Shown: positions 8,929 to 19,866 of the stretch, in pieces
How positions within the stretch are numbered: the first letter of the stretch is position 1
Layout of the letters: every line of letters begins with the position of its first letter
Origin: an uncultured bacterium
Lineage (GTDB): Bacteria > Methylomirabilota > Methylomirabilia > Methylomirabilales > CSP1-5
DNA length: 64,000 bases
Assembly (NCBI GenBank): GCA_964348275.1
Contig: CAYGBT010000009.1
Coordinates: forward strand, 19,541 to 83,540
Reading direction: 5' to 3'
Notes under the pieces: model-generated
What the model was told of the DNA's origin: nothing
Database searches by the model: none
The model's input: only the letters and a program-made list of their open reading frames with translations
Program-made: the position numbers and the translations under genes

Positions 8929-9162
8929 CTACTCAACGATCTCCAACACTGCCCGTCGCCGAGATTTAGCTGCTGTTGCGTGGAGTAGAGTCCGCATTGC
9001 CCGGGCGGTTCGTCCTTGCTTTCCAATGACCCGGCCCAAATCCGATTGGGCCACCTTGAGCTTCAACATTGTCGTCTTCTCGTCCTCGACCGCCTCCACA
9101 CTTACGGCATCGGGGTTATCCACCAGGGCCTTTGCGACATACTCCACTAGTTCCTTCAACAC
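8929..9162 (-). CDS. KH-domain RNA-binding protein (UPF0109/YlqC)
   Basis: VIGKQGRTARAMRTLL KH motif; 77 aa; located between rpsP and rimM. Confidence 0.88.
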   Translation of the reverse strand: MLKELVEYVAKALVDNPDAVSVEAVEDEKTTMLKLKVAQSDLGRVIGKQGRTARAMRTLLHATAAKSRRRAVLEIVE

Positions 9163-9255
9163 GTCCGCCTCCCCAGTGCTGTCGCAGCTGTCGGCAGGAA
9201 ACCCTCAAGGAGGAGGCCCTTACTCCCGAGGTTCCGATCGATGAGCCGCTGACCG

Positions 9256-9537
9256 TCAAGTGTTTTTCCGGGCCCTCCTGAGGTCGGCAAATCGCTCCAG
9301 AACCCCGGCGGTCGAGAGGAGCTCCCGCACTGTTTCCGACGGCTGCGCGCCCTTCTGAAGCCAGGAGAGGGCCTTCTCCTCATCCAGGGTCAATGCCGCC
9401 GGATTCTGGAGGGGATTGTAGGTCCCGATGCTCTCGATGACACGGCCGTCCCGGGGCGCCCGTGCATCCATCACGACCACCCGGTAGACGGGCCGCTTCT
9501 TTGCCCCGAACCGCTTCAACCTAAGTCGTACTGCCAT
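9256..9537 (-). CDS. rpsP: 30S ribosomal protein S16
   Basis: [23 protein letters not shown]-terminus. Confidence 0.95.
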   Translation of the reverse strand: MAVRLRLKRFGAKKRPVYRVVVMDARAPRDGRVIESIGTYNPLQNPAALTLDEEKALSWLQKGAQPSETVRELLSTAGVLERFADLRRARKNT

Positions 9538-9578
9538 CCAACCACCTCCCCTTCCATTTCTATGGGACGAATGACACC

Positions 9579-10907
9579 TTACCCCAGAGGGAAGAACCCT
9601 CGTGCTCCGGGCTTTTTCCCAGCCTGGAGCACCTGTCGCATCATTCGTTGGGTTTGCTGAAACTGTCGCAAGAGCTGGTTCACCATCGCCACCGTTGTCC
9701 CCGATCCCTTGGCGATTCGCTGACGGCGGCTCCCGGTGAGGATCCCCGGATTCCGTCGCTCCTCCTTGGTCATGGAATTCAGAATCGCCTCCATCCGCCC
9801 GAGCACCGTGCCGTCTAGTCCCGGGGTAGCAATACCCGCGGGGAGACCCGGAACCAACCCCATCAGTTCCTCGAAGGACCCCATCCGACGCACCTGAGTG
9901 AGCTGTTCTCTAAAGTCCTCGAGCGTGAATGCATCCCGCTGGACCTTCCGAGCCAGCTCCTCAGCCCGCGCCCGGTCCACCGCGGCTTCCGCCCGTTCCA
10001 CCAGCGAGAGAACATCACCCATCCCGAGAATCCGGGAGGCCATTCGATCGGGATGAAACGGCTCCAGCGCCTCGAGCTGTTCGCCCACACCGATAAACTT
10101 AATGGGGCACCCCGTCACGGCCCGAACGGAAAGGGCCGCTCCTCCCCGGGCATCTCCATCCAACTTGGTAAGGACGAAGCCGGTAAGGTCCAACGCGCTG
10201 TGAAAGGCCGATGCGACGTTCAGCGCGTCCTGACCGGTCATGGCATCCAGCACCAGGAGGTTTTCCACCGGATGGACCACCTCCTTGAGGCTCCTGAGCT
10301 CTGCCATGAGCTCATCATCAATGTGGAGCCGACCCCCGGTATCCACCACAATCGGCTCCAGGCCCCGCGTTTGGGCGTACTGGACCGCCTCGTGACAAAT
10401 GTCCAGTGCAGAAGAGGAGCGGGGATTGGTAAAGATCTCCACCCCCACCTTCCGCCCAAGAACTTCAAGCTGCGTAGCCGCTGCAGGACGACGTGTATCG
10501 GCTGCCACCAAGAGCGGCGCCCGACCCTGTCGCTTCAGCAGGGTGGCCAGCTTCGCCGCCGTGGTGGTTTTCCCCGACCCTTGGAGCCCGAGCAGCATCA
10601 CCACCGTCGGGGGGCGGGCCGCCGAAGCCAAGCCACTCCCTTTCCCGCCCAAGAGCAGTGTGAGCTCATCAAAAACGACCTTGACAACCTGCTGCCCCGG
10701 CGTCAGCGACTGAAGCACATCCCGGCCGACGGCCCGGTCCCGAACGCGGTCTACAAAGTCCCTGACCACCGTATAGTGGACATCCGCCTCCAGCAGCGCA
10801 AGACGGATCTCCCGCATGGCCGTAAGGATCTGCTCTTCGGTGAGCTTCCCGTGGCCCCGAAGCCGTTTAAAAATTGCCTGAAGCCGATCCGACAACCGGT
10901 CGAACAT
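9579..10907 (-). CDS. ffh: signal recognition particle protein Ffh
   Basis: NG domain ([21 protein letters not shown]) and a Met-rich M domain. Confidence 0.95.
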   Translation of the reverse strand: MFDRLSDRLQAIFKRLRGHGKLTEEQILTAMREIRLALLEADVHYTVVRDFVDRVRDRAVGRDVLQSLTPGQQVVKVVFDELTLLLGGKGSGLASAARPPTVVMLLGLQGSGKTTTAAKLATLLKRQGRAPLLVAADTRRPAAATQLEVLGRKVGVEIFTNPRSSSALDICHEAVQYAQTRGLEPIVVDTGGRLHIDDELMAELRSLKEVVHPVENLLVLDAMTGQDALNVASAFHSALDLTGFVLTKLDGDARGGAALSVRAVTGCPIKFIGVGEQLEALEPFHPDRMASRILGMGDVLSLVERAEAAVDRARAEELARKVQRDAFTLEDFREQLTQVRRMGSFEELMGLVPGLPAGIATPGLDGTVLGRMEAILNSMTKEERRNPGILTGSRRQRIAKGSGTTVAMVNQLLRQFQQTQRMMRQVLQAGKKPGARGFFPLG

Positions 10908-10992
10908 GAGCTCGCCTCGGGAATAAGGGATAAACAGTCAAATTATGCGATGTTACCTCTCTTGTCAACAAGCAATTTTACGAGTCGGGCGC

Positions 10993-12333
10993 CTAACACG
11001 CCAGCAAGAGAGTGACGTCCATAACGTTAGTGAGGGTGGGCCCCGTCTTGATCAGGTCTCCCAACCCCTCGAAGAAGTGATACGAATCATTCTCCTCCAA
11101 GGCCCGGAGCGGATCCAGCCCGGCCTCTTTTGCCCGAGCCCACGTCTCACCATCCGCCATTGCCCCGGCCGCATCGGTGGGTCCGTCACTCCCATCGGTC
11201 CCAGCGCTGAAAATGACCACATCCTGCACACCGGCGATGGCAATGGCAGCGGCCAGCGCGAGTTCCTGATTTCGGCCCCCCTTTCCTTTCCCACGGACCG
11301 TCACGGTCGTCTCGCCCCCGAGTAGAAGGCAAGCCGGGGGTGGTAGCGGATGGCCGGAGCGCCGCACCTCCAAGAGGAGCGCGGCTAACGCCCTGGCCAC
11401 TTCGCGGCTTTCTCCTTGCAGGGCCGTGGTCAAGAGCAGGGTATGAAATCCCAATCGTGCCGCCCATTCTCGGGCCGCCAAGAGGGATTGGAGATTGTTG
11501 CCGACGATGAGTTCCCGTGCCTTTTCGAAGCAGGGATCATCGCCCTTCGGCGTCTCCGGCACCTCTCCTCTCGCCCCCCCTTCCAGATGCTGCAGAATGC
11601 TTGCAGGTACTCGGTCCTCGATCCCGTACCGGCGCAAGATTGTCAGTCCATCGTGATATGTCGTCGGATCCGGGACGGTGGGGCCGGAGGCAATCGCATC
11701 CAAAGGATCGCCGATAACGTCAGAGAGAATCACCGTGAGACACGACGCCGGCTGAATCGCCCGGGCGAGCTGCCCTCCTTTGACCCGAGAGCAGTGTTTC
11801 CTGACCGTGTTGATTTCTTGAATGGTTGCACCGCATGCCAGCAGTTCTCGCGTGATGGCCTGCTTCTCGGCGAACTCGATCCCCTCCACGGGAGCCGGCA
11901 ACAGGGCGGAGCCGCCACCGGAGATGAGGACAATGACGAGGTCCTCTGGGCGAGTCTCCGCAAGCAGTCCGAGGATGTCCGCCGTCCCTTGAACGCCCCG
12001 CGCATCAGGGACGGGATGGCTTGCCTCGTGGACCCGGATGCGCTTCAAGGGGAGGGAGTGGCCTTCCTTGACCACCACAATCCCCGCACTCACCTGCTCA
12101 CCCAGGATCTCCTCGAGAGCGGCCGCCATTGCCCCGGAGGCCTTCCCGGCACCCACGACATAGACGCGTCCTCGGCTGAGGTCGTACACCTCCCCACGCG
12201 CCAGCAACCGCTTCCCGTCACGCTGCAAATGTCGTTGAATCGCCACCCGCGGGTTGGCCGCATCCAACGCGGCTTGGAAAATCTCCCCGGCCGCCTTTCG
12301 CAACTGTGCGATCCCTTTCACTCCAGAGATCAC
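10993..12333 (-). CDS. glycerate 2-kinase / hydroxypyruvate reductase-like protein (MOFRL family)
   Basis: DUF4147 plus MOFRL signatures (ISGGGSALL, GGETTVTVRGKGKGGRNQE, GTDGSDGPTDAAGA). Confidence 0.8.
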   Translation of the reverse strand: MISGVKGIAQLRKAAGEIFQAALDAANPRVAIQRHLQRDGKRLLARGEVYDLSRGRVYVVGAGKASGAMAAALEEILGEQVSAGIVVVKEGHSLPLKRIRVHEASHPVPDARGVQGTADILGLLAETRPEDLVIVLISGGGSALLPAPVEGIEFAEKQAITRELLACGATIQEINTVRKHCSRVKGGQLARAIQPASCLTVILSDVIGDPLDAIASGPTVPDPTTYHDGLTILRRYGIEDRVPASILQHLEGGARGEVPETPKGDDPCFEKARELIVGNNLQSLLAAREWAARLGFHTLLLTTALQGESREVARALAALLLEVRRSGHPLPPPACLLLGGETTVTVRGKGKGGRNQELALAAAIAIAGVQDVVIFSAGTDGSDGPTDAAGAMADGETWARAKEAGLDPLRALEENDSYHFFEGLGDLIKTGPTLTNVMDVTLLLAC

Positions 12334-12896
12334 GTCTCCTCCGCCAACGGAACCGAGTCCACCGAACTGTAGATGGCCCCAGCCGGATGGAGCTGGCTCT
12401 GCATGAGCTCGACACGACCGACCTGCATCCGACCCACCTCGCCGACCTCCGCCCTGCGGAGGGACTCGAGCAGAGTATCGACACGCCCCACACTCTTGAC
12501 GCGACCCAGGGTGAGGTGGGGCTGAAAGGGGCGCCCCTCGCGCGGAAATCCAAGGGGAAGGAGGGCCTCGTCGATTCTGTCTCGAAGCCTCTTCAATTCC
12601 TCAGCCCCCAGTTGTACTCCGACCCAGACCACCCGAGGCCGCCCCTTTGGAGGAAAGGTTCCAAAACCGGCGAGCGACAGGGAAAACGGCTTGACGCCGG
12701 CCAGGGAATCCCGGAAGGCCTCCTGGATCGGCGGCAGTTTTGCCTCCGCGACTTCTCCGAGAAACTTGAGGGTATAGTGCAGATTTTCCGCCTTGACCCA
12801 CTTGACCGGCGCCGATGCCGCCTTGAATTTCCCCTGGATCTCTGCCAATGGAGTTCTGAGAGAGGGATCTACGTTGATGGCGATGAATAGTCGCAT
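12330..12896 (-). CDS. thpR: RNA 2',3'-cyclic phosphodiesterase (2'-5' RNA ligase family)
   Basis: Two HxT motifs (LHYTLKF, PHLTLGR); 188 aa. Confidence 0.85.
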   Translation of the reverse strand: MRLFIAINVDPSLRTPLAEIQGKFKAASAPVKWVKAENLHYTLKFLGEVAEAKLPPIQEAFRDSLAGVKPFSLSLAGFGTFPPKGRPRVVWVGVQLGAEELKRLRDRIDEALLPLGFPREGRPFQPHLTLGRVKSVGRVDTLLESLRRAEVGEVGRMQVGRVELMQSQLHPAGAIYSSVDSVPLAEET

Positions 12897-12932
12897 ACCC
12901 CTTCCGCGTATAGCGATCGGCCCCGCCCCGGT

Positions 12933-14189
12933 TTACGACTCACCCCGAATCTTCAGTAAATACCGACGGAGCATCTCGAGCGCCATTTGCGAGGCCCACA
13001 GTTTGTTGTCCTCCCGGTTGTACGGGAATCGGTATTCCCGCCACTCCTCGCCGTTGGCGTCGGTGAGGGCAATGTAGGTGAGCCCGACCGGCTTGGCGTC
13101 GGTTCCGCCTCCGGGACCGGCGATCCCAGTCACCCCCACGCCCACATCAGCCCTCGCCAGGCGGCGCACCCCCGCCGCCATCGCACTCGCCACCTCCGGA
13201 CTCACGGCGCCATGCTGCTCGATCAGGGAGGAGGGCACCTCCAAGATTTCTTCTTTGGCGCGATTGCTATACGAGACGATCCCTCGCTCGAAATAGTCTG
13301 AGCTACCCGGGATGTTGGTGATCCGATGGGTGATGAGACCCCCCGTACACGACTCGGCCACAGCCACGGTCTTTCCTTGAAGACGGAGAAGGCGCCCCAC
13401 CACTTCCTCAAGTCGTTCCTCATCGATGCCAAAGATCGCATCACCCAACCGATCCCGAAGTTTTCTCTCCCATGTCTCCAGCCGGGACTGAACCGCTTCC
13501 TCGGTTCCAGAAGCCGTCAGCCGCACGTGGAGCTCCCCCGGGCGAGCCAGTAAGCCAACGCGGGGATGGTCGGAACGGAGTAGATCCTGAATTCGGTCCT
13601 CCACCTGCGATTCGAACAAACCACAAACCTTGATGGTCCGGGTTCTCAAAAGCCGCACGCCGCCCGCCTCCTCCAGAAGGACCGGTAGCACGTGCTCGGT
13701 GAAGAGTGGACGCATTTCTCGCGGCGGGCCAGGTAGAGCGATGAGGAGACGCCCCCCTTCCCTCCAGAGCAGGGCCGGGGCTGTCCCGTGGCGATTCGGG
13801 AGGACGACGAACCCCTCCGGGACCCGGGCCTGACGCTTCGCTAATTCCGGCATGGGAACGCCCCGCCGGGCGAATCGCTCCTCAATCCGCTTCAAGGTCT
13901 CCTCGTGGAGGATAAGGGGCCTTCCGGTGACATCCCCCAGCGCATCCCGGGTGGAATCATCCTCGGTCGGGCCGAGACCGCCGCTGACGACGACTACGGC
14001 AGTCCGATCCAGGGCCTGCCGGAGCACCTGATGAATCCGCTGCCGGTCGTCCCCGACCGTCGTACGGTAAGAGACCTCGATCCCGATGCCATTGAGCGCC
14101 TCGGCGAGAAAGAGACCATTGGTATCGACCAGAGCGCCCTGGAGGAGCTCGGTGCCAATACTGATGACCTCTGCATTCTTTGCATTCAT
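12933..14189 (-). CDS. cinA: CinA-family competence/damage-inducible protein (MoCF plus nicotinamide-nucleotide amidase domains)
   Basis: Start chosen at MNAKNAEVISIGTELL, which forms an ATGA overlap with the pgpA stop. The track ORF extends to 14210. Confidence 0.88.
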   Translation of the reverse strand: MNAKNAEVISIGTELLQGALVDTNGLFLAEALNGIGIEVSYRTTVGDDRQRIHQVLRQALDRTAVVVVSGGLGPTEDDSTRDALGDVTGRPLILHEETLKRIEERFARRGVPMPELAKRQARVPEGFVVLPNRHGTAPALLWREGGRLLIALPGPPREMRPLFTEHVLPVLLEEAGGVRLLRTRTIKVCGLFESQVEDRIQDLLRSDHPRVGLLARPGELHVRLTASGTEEAVQSRLETWERKLRDRLGDAIFGIDEERLEEVVGRLLRLQGKTVAVAESCTGGLITHRITNIPGSSDYFERGIVSYSNRAKEEILEVPSSLIEQHGAVSPEVASAMAAGVRRLARADVGVGVTGIAGPGGGTDAKPVGLTYIALTDANGEEWREYRFPYNREDNKLWASQMALEMLRRYLLKIRGES

Positions 14190-14641
14190 GAGACCAGGAG
14201 CCACATCCAAACTAACAGGTTCGCATACAGCCCGGCGATCACATCATCCCCCACAATTCCCAACCCGCCTGAAAATTGCTCCACCTGACGAGCGGGAAAA
14301 GGCTTGGCAATATCGAGGAGACGGAAGAGGGCAAAGGCGATGACCCGGTCCGGGAGCCGCGATGGAAGGAGTATGGTCGCCACCGCGATACCGGCAATCT
14401 CGTCGATAATGATGGCTGGCGGGTCTGACTCCCCTATGACCTGCGCCGCCCGACCGGCAACCGCGATCCCGGTCCCGACAAGCACGAGCGTCACTAGAAC
14501 CTGCGTTACTCCCGGCCCCAGCGGCCAAAGGAGGAAAAGCCCGAGGAGGCTCCCGAGTGTTCCCGGGGCCGGGCCCAGATAGCCCACATAGGCCCCGGTC
14601 GCGATGACCACGGTGAGCTGGTGGGAAACAGGCGGGCTCAT
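14186..14641 (-). CDS. pgpA: phosphatidylglycerophosphatase A
   Basis: PgpA-family membrane protein (PGTLGSL, IIDEIAG motifs). Confidence 0.85.
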   Translation of the reverse strand: MSPPVSHQLTVVIATGAYVGYLGPAPGTLGSLLGLFLLWPLGPGVTQVLVTLVLVGTGIAVAGRAAQVIGESDPPAIIIDEIAGIAVATILLPSRLPDRVIAFALFRLLDIAKPFPARQVEQFSGGLGIVGDDVIAGLYANLLVWMWLLVS

Positions 14642-14696
14642 GAGGTGAGAGTAGACGCTGAGCTACGGCCTGTCAACGGGTGAGGTGTCAAGGGGA

Positions 14697-16646
14697 CTAA
14701 ATGAGGCAAACCTTGTTACGGCCAGCCGCCTTGGCCTGATACAGGGCCCGATCCGCGTCGCGCACCAAGTCTTCCACGCGGTTCATCGCCGAGGAGAGGG
14801 CAGCCGCACCGAGACTAATCGTGAGGGAACCTTCAGGCCATTGCTGTTCTGCTGCCGCCGTCCGGAGACGCTCCGCCTGGACCCCGGCCTGGGGAAGATC
14901 GGTTTCAGGAAGAATGATAGCAAACTCCTCCCCGCCATAACGGGCTACTGTATCCACCCGCCGCGAATTCTTCCGGAGAATTAGGGCCAAGGAGCGCAAC
15001 GCCTCATCGCCAGCGAGATGACCGTATCGGTCATTGAACTGCTTGAAGTGATCGATATCGAGCATGATCAGGGAAAGTGAGCGGCCATAGCGACGGGCCC
15101 GCTTCACCTCTGCATCGAGGAGGTGATAGAAGTACCGGTGATTGTGCAGCCCGGTCAATGCATCCGTGTTGGCGAGTCGCCTCGTCTCTGCAAATAAGCG
15201 TGCATTCTCGATGGCAATGGCCGCCTGGTTGGCAAAGGAAGCCAAAAGGTGGAGATCTTCCTCGGCGACACGGCGGGGTTCGTTGTAGTGGACCCACATC
15301 ACGCCACGAACCCTCTCCCGCACTTGCAAGGGCAGGCAGACGGCGGCCCTCCGTCCGAGCGCCAGCAGTCGGGGATTGATCGTCCCAGGAGGGATCATCG
15401 CGAAATCGGAAAAGACCACGGATCGACCCGTGTCCCAGACCTGACGTGAGACACCATCCTTCCGCACCTCGATCTCCCCCACCTCCCAGTCGACCAGATG
15501 CGTGACCTCGCCTAAATCGTCTAGGAGGATGATCGTGCTGGAGGCGGCGTCAGTCGAGGCTGCCGCACCCCGAGCGATCTTCTGGAGGGTTTCATCCAAG
15601 TCGAGCGACCCACTGACCTGTGTGGCGGCCTCGTACAACTCCGCCACAGTGGATGCGTACCGCTGGATCTGCTGATATGCCCTGGCGTTTCCAATGGCGA
15701 CGGCCGCCTGGCTGGCGAAGGCGGCCAACAAGCTCTGCTCATCGGGGCCGAAGAGGCGGCGATGACGAGTGAAGACCGAGAGGACCCCCAGGACACGACC
15801 CTCGGCGATGAGGGGAATACCGGCAAATGACACGACGTCTGCCTGCTCAATGAACCGTGGGTTCAGCAAGCGCGGCTCTCGTTTCACATCAGCGATGTAC
15901 TGGGGCTCTCCGCGTTCCATGATCCTCCCGATGGCCCCTCCACCGTACGGGATTCGGTCCACTATCAACCCTGCAAACTCCTGGAGGCCGTAACTGGCCT
16001 GCACCCGCAGTTCCCGTGTCTCCTCGTCTGCCACCAAGAGCCAGGCGCCCGGGACATCCAGAAACTCCGCCGCAGCCTTCACCGCGAAGTCATAAACCTC
16101 CTGGAGATTCAACGAGGCGGTCATTCGCTTCGTCAGATGGATCAGGGATTGAAGTTTGTTCGCCCGCTCGTGCACCTCCTGAAAAAGGATCGTTCTCTCA
16201 AGCGTGATGGTTGCCTCATTCGCCAAGGTCTGACAGAACTCAATTTCGCCTCGAGTAAAATTTCGAATCTTGCCCCGACTGCTCAAGCTCACCACCCCGA
16301 CGCTTTGTCCCTGCTTGAGGAGTGGAAGCACCAACATCGACCGGATCGGAAGAGCGAGCAGGAGATCCCGGATATCCGAAAGGACGGGCTCCTTGGCCAC
16401 GTCGGGGATAACGAGCGGCCGCTGCGTCTCGAGCACCGTCCGAATCTCCGGGTACCGGTCTAAGGACAGGTTAATCCCCTGAATCCAGGGATTCTCCTTG
16501 GATCGATCATACCCAGCGATGAGATGGGCTGACGCCTCTCCCCGAGTCGCAAGGGTGATGGCGCACCGGTCGACCCGCATCTTCTCCAGGAAACGCTTCA
16601 CGATGTCCCACATGCCGTTACCTGTTGCTGGGGAAGCAATCACCAT
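14697..16646 (-). CDS. multi-GAF sensor diguanylate cyclase (GGDEF domain, GGEEF active site)
   Basis: Three GAF-like segments followed by DALTGLHNHRYF...RYGGEEF. Confidence 0.88.
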   Translation of the reverse strand: MVIASPATGNGMWDIVKRFLEKMRVDRCAITLATRGEASAHLIAGYDRSKENPWIQGINLSLDRYPEIRTVLETQRPLVIPDVAKEPVLSDIRDLLLALPIRSMLVLPLLKQGQSVGVVSLSSRGKIRNFTRGEIEFCQTLANEATITLERTILFQEVHERANKLQSLIHLTKRMTASLNLQEVYDFAVKAAAEFLDVPGAWLLVADEETRELRVQASYGLQEFAGLIVDRIPYGGGAIGRIMERGEPQYIADVKREPRLLNPRFIEQADVVSFAGIPLIAEGRVLGVLSVFTRHRRLFGPDEQSLLAAFASQAAVAIGNARAYQQIQRYASTVAELYEAATQVSGSLDLDETLQKIARGAAASTDAASSTIILLDDLGEVTHLVDWEVGEIEVRKDGVSRQVWDTGRSVVFSDFAMIPPGTINPRLLALGRRAAVCLPLQVRERVRGVMWVHYNEPRRVAEEDLHLLASFANQAAIAIENARLFAETRRLANTDALTGLHNHRYFYHLLDAEVKRARRYGRSLSLIMLDIDHFKQFNDRYGHLAGDEALRSLALILRKNSRRVDTVARYGGEEFAIILPETDLPQAGVQAERLRTAAAEQQWPEGSLTISLGAAALSSAMNRVEDLVRDADRALYQAKAAGRNKVCLI

Positions 16647-16805
16647 GAGGCTCTCGACTGGGAGAGGGTTTGTGTCTGATTCATAGGTCGAGATATGTAC
16701 AGGGTCCTTGCAAACTCCATGCCTAGATACGAACGCCCACTGGCCCCTTTGCGCAGTACCACCGCTCAGCCAGGCGAAACTCTACGGGAGAGTGTACTCT
16801 ATCCC

Positions 16806-17450
16806 CTAGCGGGGATAAAGGTCCTCTGCCCGGAGTATCTTTACCCCGGGTGGGGGTTCAAAGGAGAAGAGATCGGCAGGGAGGTCACTATTTATGAGGA
16901 GACGAGAAAAGTGCATCACCGTCCGATTCTCATAGGGATCCTGGAAGGTCAGCGACCGGATATGAAGCGTCGTCCTTTCCACCTCCATTTCCATCCCGCG
17001 AAGGTGCGGATCGGGACGCCGCGGCGTCAGGACCAGACGGTAGCAGCAATCCCCATGAACCGTCACCTGTCCCAGATTGAAGTCATCGGTTAATCGTCCC
17101 ACCCCCATCAAGAAATCGAAAGGGATGGAGGTCACCGCTGATATCAGATCCTGGACAATAACCTGCCGGTCCGCGGGCGTGTAAGCCCACAGCGTCGAAC
17201 CGTTGGTCACCAGAAGGCGCCGCTCTGGCCGCTCATACTCCCACCGCATCATCCCCGGGCGTTTCAGATAAAAAGCCCCCGAGGCCTCCTCCACTTGCCC
17301 TATCGCCAGCTCGACCCGTTGGGAGAACTGACCCCGGAGATCCGTGGTCCCATCATAGAAGATCTGAATCCGCTCGACCACCTCTTGCGCCTGAGGAGTC
17401 AACAAGACGGTCAGGAGAGCGAGGGTGAGAAACCGATTGCTGATTTTCAT
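16806..17450 (-). CDS. lolA: outer-membrane lipoprotein carrier protein LolA
   Basis: Signal peptide MKISNRFLTLALLTVLL, then the LolA fold pattern. The track ORF extends to 17537 and overlaps the ftsK end. Confidence 0.8.
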   Translation of the reverse strand: MKISNRFLTLALLTVLLTPQAQEVVERIQIFYDGTTDLRGQFSQRVELAIGQVEEASGAFYLKRPGMMRWEYERPERRLLVTNGSTLWAYTPADRQVIVQDLISAVTSIPFDFLMGVGRLTDDFNLGQVTVHGDCCYRLVLTPRRPDPHLRGMEMEVERTTLHIRSLTFQDPYENRTVMHFSRLLINSDLPADLFSFEPPPGVKILRAEDLYPR

Positions 17451-17526
17451 GTCGGTCGCCTCTTCCCACGTCTGCTCCCACTCACATCCCCACTTGTTGG
17501 TCGGCACCTGAGAAGGAGGATCGGCC

Positions 17527-19764
17527 TCAAGCCCCATGCGACCATGGTTTCAGGACGACTCGGTGACCTCTGGCATCGGGAGGGCTTACGATGCCTTCGC
17601 GTTCCATCTGGTCAATCATGCGACCCGCCCGATTGAACCCAATCCGGAGACGCCTCTGGAGAAGAGAAATGGAAGGCTGTCCGGTCTGGCGAACTATCAG
17701 TTCTGCTTCGCGATACAGGGCCTCTTCTTCATTGGGGATGTCCATGCCGTCACTGACCCTATCCTCAGTGGCGTGGAGCGACCACGGAAAAGATTCCAAG
17801 GCGCCTTTCGCTTGGAAGAATTCCACAACGCGGATAATCTCTTGATCCGACACATAGCAGCCGTGAATCCGCGTCGGCTTTGAGCTCGCCGGGGGAAGAA
17901 ACAGCATGTCCCCTCCCCCCAGCAACTGTTCCGCCCCGTTCGTGTCCAGAATCGTTCGCGAATCGACTTTCGAGGAGACTTGGAAGGATATTCTGGCGGG
18001 AAAATTGGCTTTAATGACCCCGGTGATCACATCCACCGAGGGCCTCTGCGTGGCCAGCACGAGGTGAATCCCCACGGCCCGTGCCATCTGGGCCAACCGT
18101 GCGATGGCATTTTCCACCGGGGAGGATTCCGAAAGCATCAAATCTGCCAGCTCATCGATGATCACCACAAGATATGGCAGGCGGGGCTTTTCTTCTGGCC
18201 TGGCCTTATTATAGGCGTCAATCGAGCGGGCACCCACCTCTGCAAAGAGCTTATACCGCGCTTCCATGTGCTTGACGAGCAGCTGCAAACACTTTGCGGC
18301 CTGCCTGGTGTCCGTCACCACTTGCCAGGCGTTCTCTTTTCCATTCGTATCGGTGACAAGAGGGTTATCCACCAAATGAGGAATGCTGTTGTACACAGAG
18401 AGCTCGACCCGTTTGGGATCAATCAAGAGGAATCGCACCGCCTGGGGCGCGGAACGATAGAGGAAACTGAGAATCGTGCTGTGGATACACACACTCTTGC
18501 CGCTCCCTGTGGCTCCCGCAATCAGCAGGTGCGGCATGTGCAACAGGTCGGCCACGACGGGTTCGCCTGAGGTATCCTTCCCGAGAACGATCGGAAGGGG
18601 GGACCGACATTTTTCATACGCCTCCGAGGCCAGGACATCCCTGAGCTGGACGATCGCACGACTCTTGTTGGGAATCTCCACCCCGACCGCAGCCTTTCCC
18701 GGGACAGGAGCAACGATTCGAACGCTCAAGGCCTTGAGGGATAATGCCAAATCATCCGCCAAACCGACGATCCGATTGACCTTGATCCCGGGCGCGGGTT
18801 CGATCTCATACCGGGTAATCACCGGACCAGATTGGGTCTCCATGACCCGCCCTTCAATGCCAAAGTCCCGGAGAGTTTTCTCGAGGGTTCTCTTGTTGTC
18901 CTCACGCTCGTGATGTAAGGGCCCGGAGGGGAGCGGGCCTGACGCATCGAGAATGGTCAGGGGAGGTATCTCGTGGGTCCCGGTGTCGCCCGGGGTCCTT
19001 CGAATAGTGGCGGGAGCCTCCTCATCGCCATCCTGAACCGCCTTCGGACGGGCGGTTCGGATCGGCCTCTCACGGGGCAGTTTTTCCAGCGGGGGGAGCA
19101 CCACCCTCTGTGCAGGCGCCTCGGGGACCCATGCCCGGGCGGACCGGAAAAGCCTTCCAAGACGGCCACCCAACCACGCGAAGATCTCCTGGACGGAGCG
19201 GACAAGCCCGACAAAGGACCCTTGGGACACCAAGACGAGGAACAGGAGCAATCCGGTGAGCGTTACGAGGTACAAGCCGAAGAGACCGAGGGCGGGACGT
19301 ACCTCGTGCAAAAGAACCGCCCCCAAAAATCCCCCAGGCCGCTCCCCCTGAAACGAGGGGACAAAGCCCTCGTGCTCAAGCAGGCTGAGCAGCAGGCAGG
19401 TTGAGATCAGGAGCAGAAAGAAACCAACGGCCTCGATGGTCCGAGGTTGCGAGCTCCGTCCGCCCACGAGGCCGAATCCAATCCAGAAAAGGGCTAGGGG
19501 GATCAAGAACGCAGCGACCCCCAGGACCCCCAGGAAATCGCCGGCCAGATGGGCCCCCACCAGCCCCCCGAAGTTTCGTATCGCTTCGTCGCGGGAGACA
19601 TAGTGGAAAAACGAGGGATCGTCAGGACTGAAAGAGACCAAGCTGACGAGCATGAGGAGGGCGAATGCCATCATGAGCAGACCGAGAACCTCCCTGGCCT
19701 TCGGATGGCGAAACATCGTGGAAAACACGCGGATGCGCCTCATAAACCCTCTTTCCCGCTTCAT
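17527..19764 (-). CDS. ftsK: DNA translocase FtsK
   Basis: N-terminal TM segments, Walker A GATGSGKS, and a C-terminal gamma winged-helix domain. Confidence 0.95.
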   Translation of the reverse strand: MKRERGFMRRIRVFSTMFRHPKAREVLGLLMMAFALLMLVSLVSFSPDDPSFFHYVSRDEAIRNFGGLVGAHLAGDFLGVLGVAAFLIPLALFWIGFGLVGGRSSQPRTIEAVGFFLLLISTCLLLSLLEHEGFVPSFQGERPGGFLGAVLLHEVRPALGLFGLYLVTLTGLLLFLVLVSQGSFVGLVRSVQEIFAWLGGRLGRLFRSARAWVPEAPAQRVVLPPLEKLPRERPIRTARPKAVQDGDEEAPATIRRTPGDTGTHEIPPLTILDASGPLPSGPLHHEREDNKRTLEKTLRDFGIEGRVMETQSGPVITRYEIEPAPGIKVNRIVGLADDLALSLKALSVRIVAPVPGKAAVGVEIPNKSRAIVQLRDVLASEAYEKCRSPLPIVLGKDTSGEPVVADLLHMPHLLIAGATGSGKSVCIHSTILSFLYRSAPQAVRFLLIDPKRVELSVYNSIPHLVDNPLVTDTNGKENAWQVVTDTRQAAKCLQLLVKHMEARYKLFAEVGARSIDAYNKARPEEKPRLPYLVVIIDELADLMLSESSPVENAIARLAQMARAVGIHLVLATQRPSVDVITGVIKANFPARISFQVSSKVDSRTILDTNGAEQLLGGGDMLFLPPASSKPTRIHGCYVSDQEIIRVVEFFQAKGALESFPWSLHATEDRVSDGMDIPNEEEALYREAELIVRQTGQPSISLLQRRLRIGFNRAGRMIDQMEREGIVSPPDARGHRVVLKPWSHGA

Positions 19765-19817
19765 CCTTCAGCGCTTACGAATCCTCGTTCACGGTCCAGG
19801 ATTCAGGGTTCATAGAT

Positions 19818-19866
19818 TCTGAACGACGTACTCTGAACTATGAACTTTGATCTCTGAACTGTCAAC
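19818..19866. repeat. tandem heptamer array (7 x 7 nt: TCTGAAC GACGTAC TCTGAAC TATGAAC TTTGATC TCTGAAC TGTCAAC)
   Basis: Exact 7-nt phase over 49 nt in the ftsK-rnj spacer. The last unit contains the rnj stop codon. Confidence 0.8.

Noticed and set aside
10053-12372. Plus-strand ORFs 10053..11015 (320 aa) and 11416..12372 (318 aa).
   Set aside because: They are antisense shadows of ffh and the glycerate kinase gene, with no recognisable motifs.
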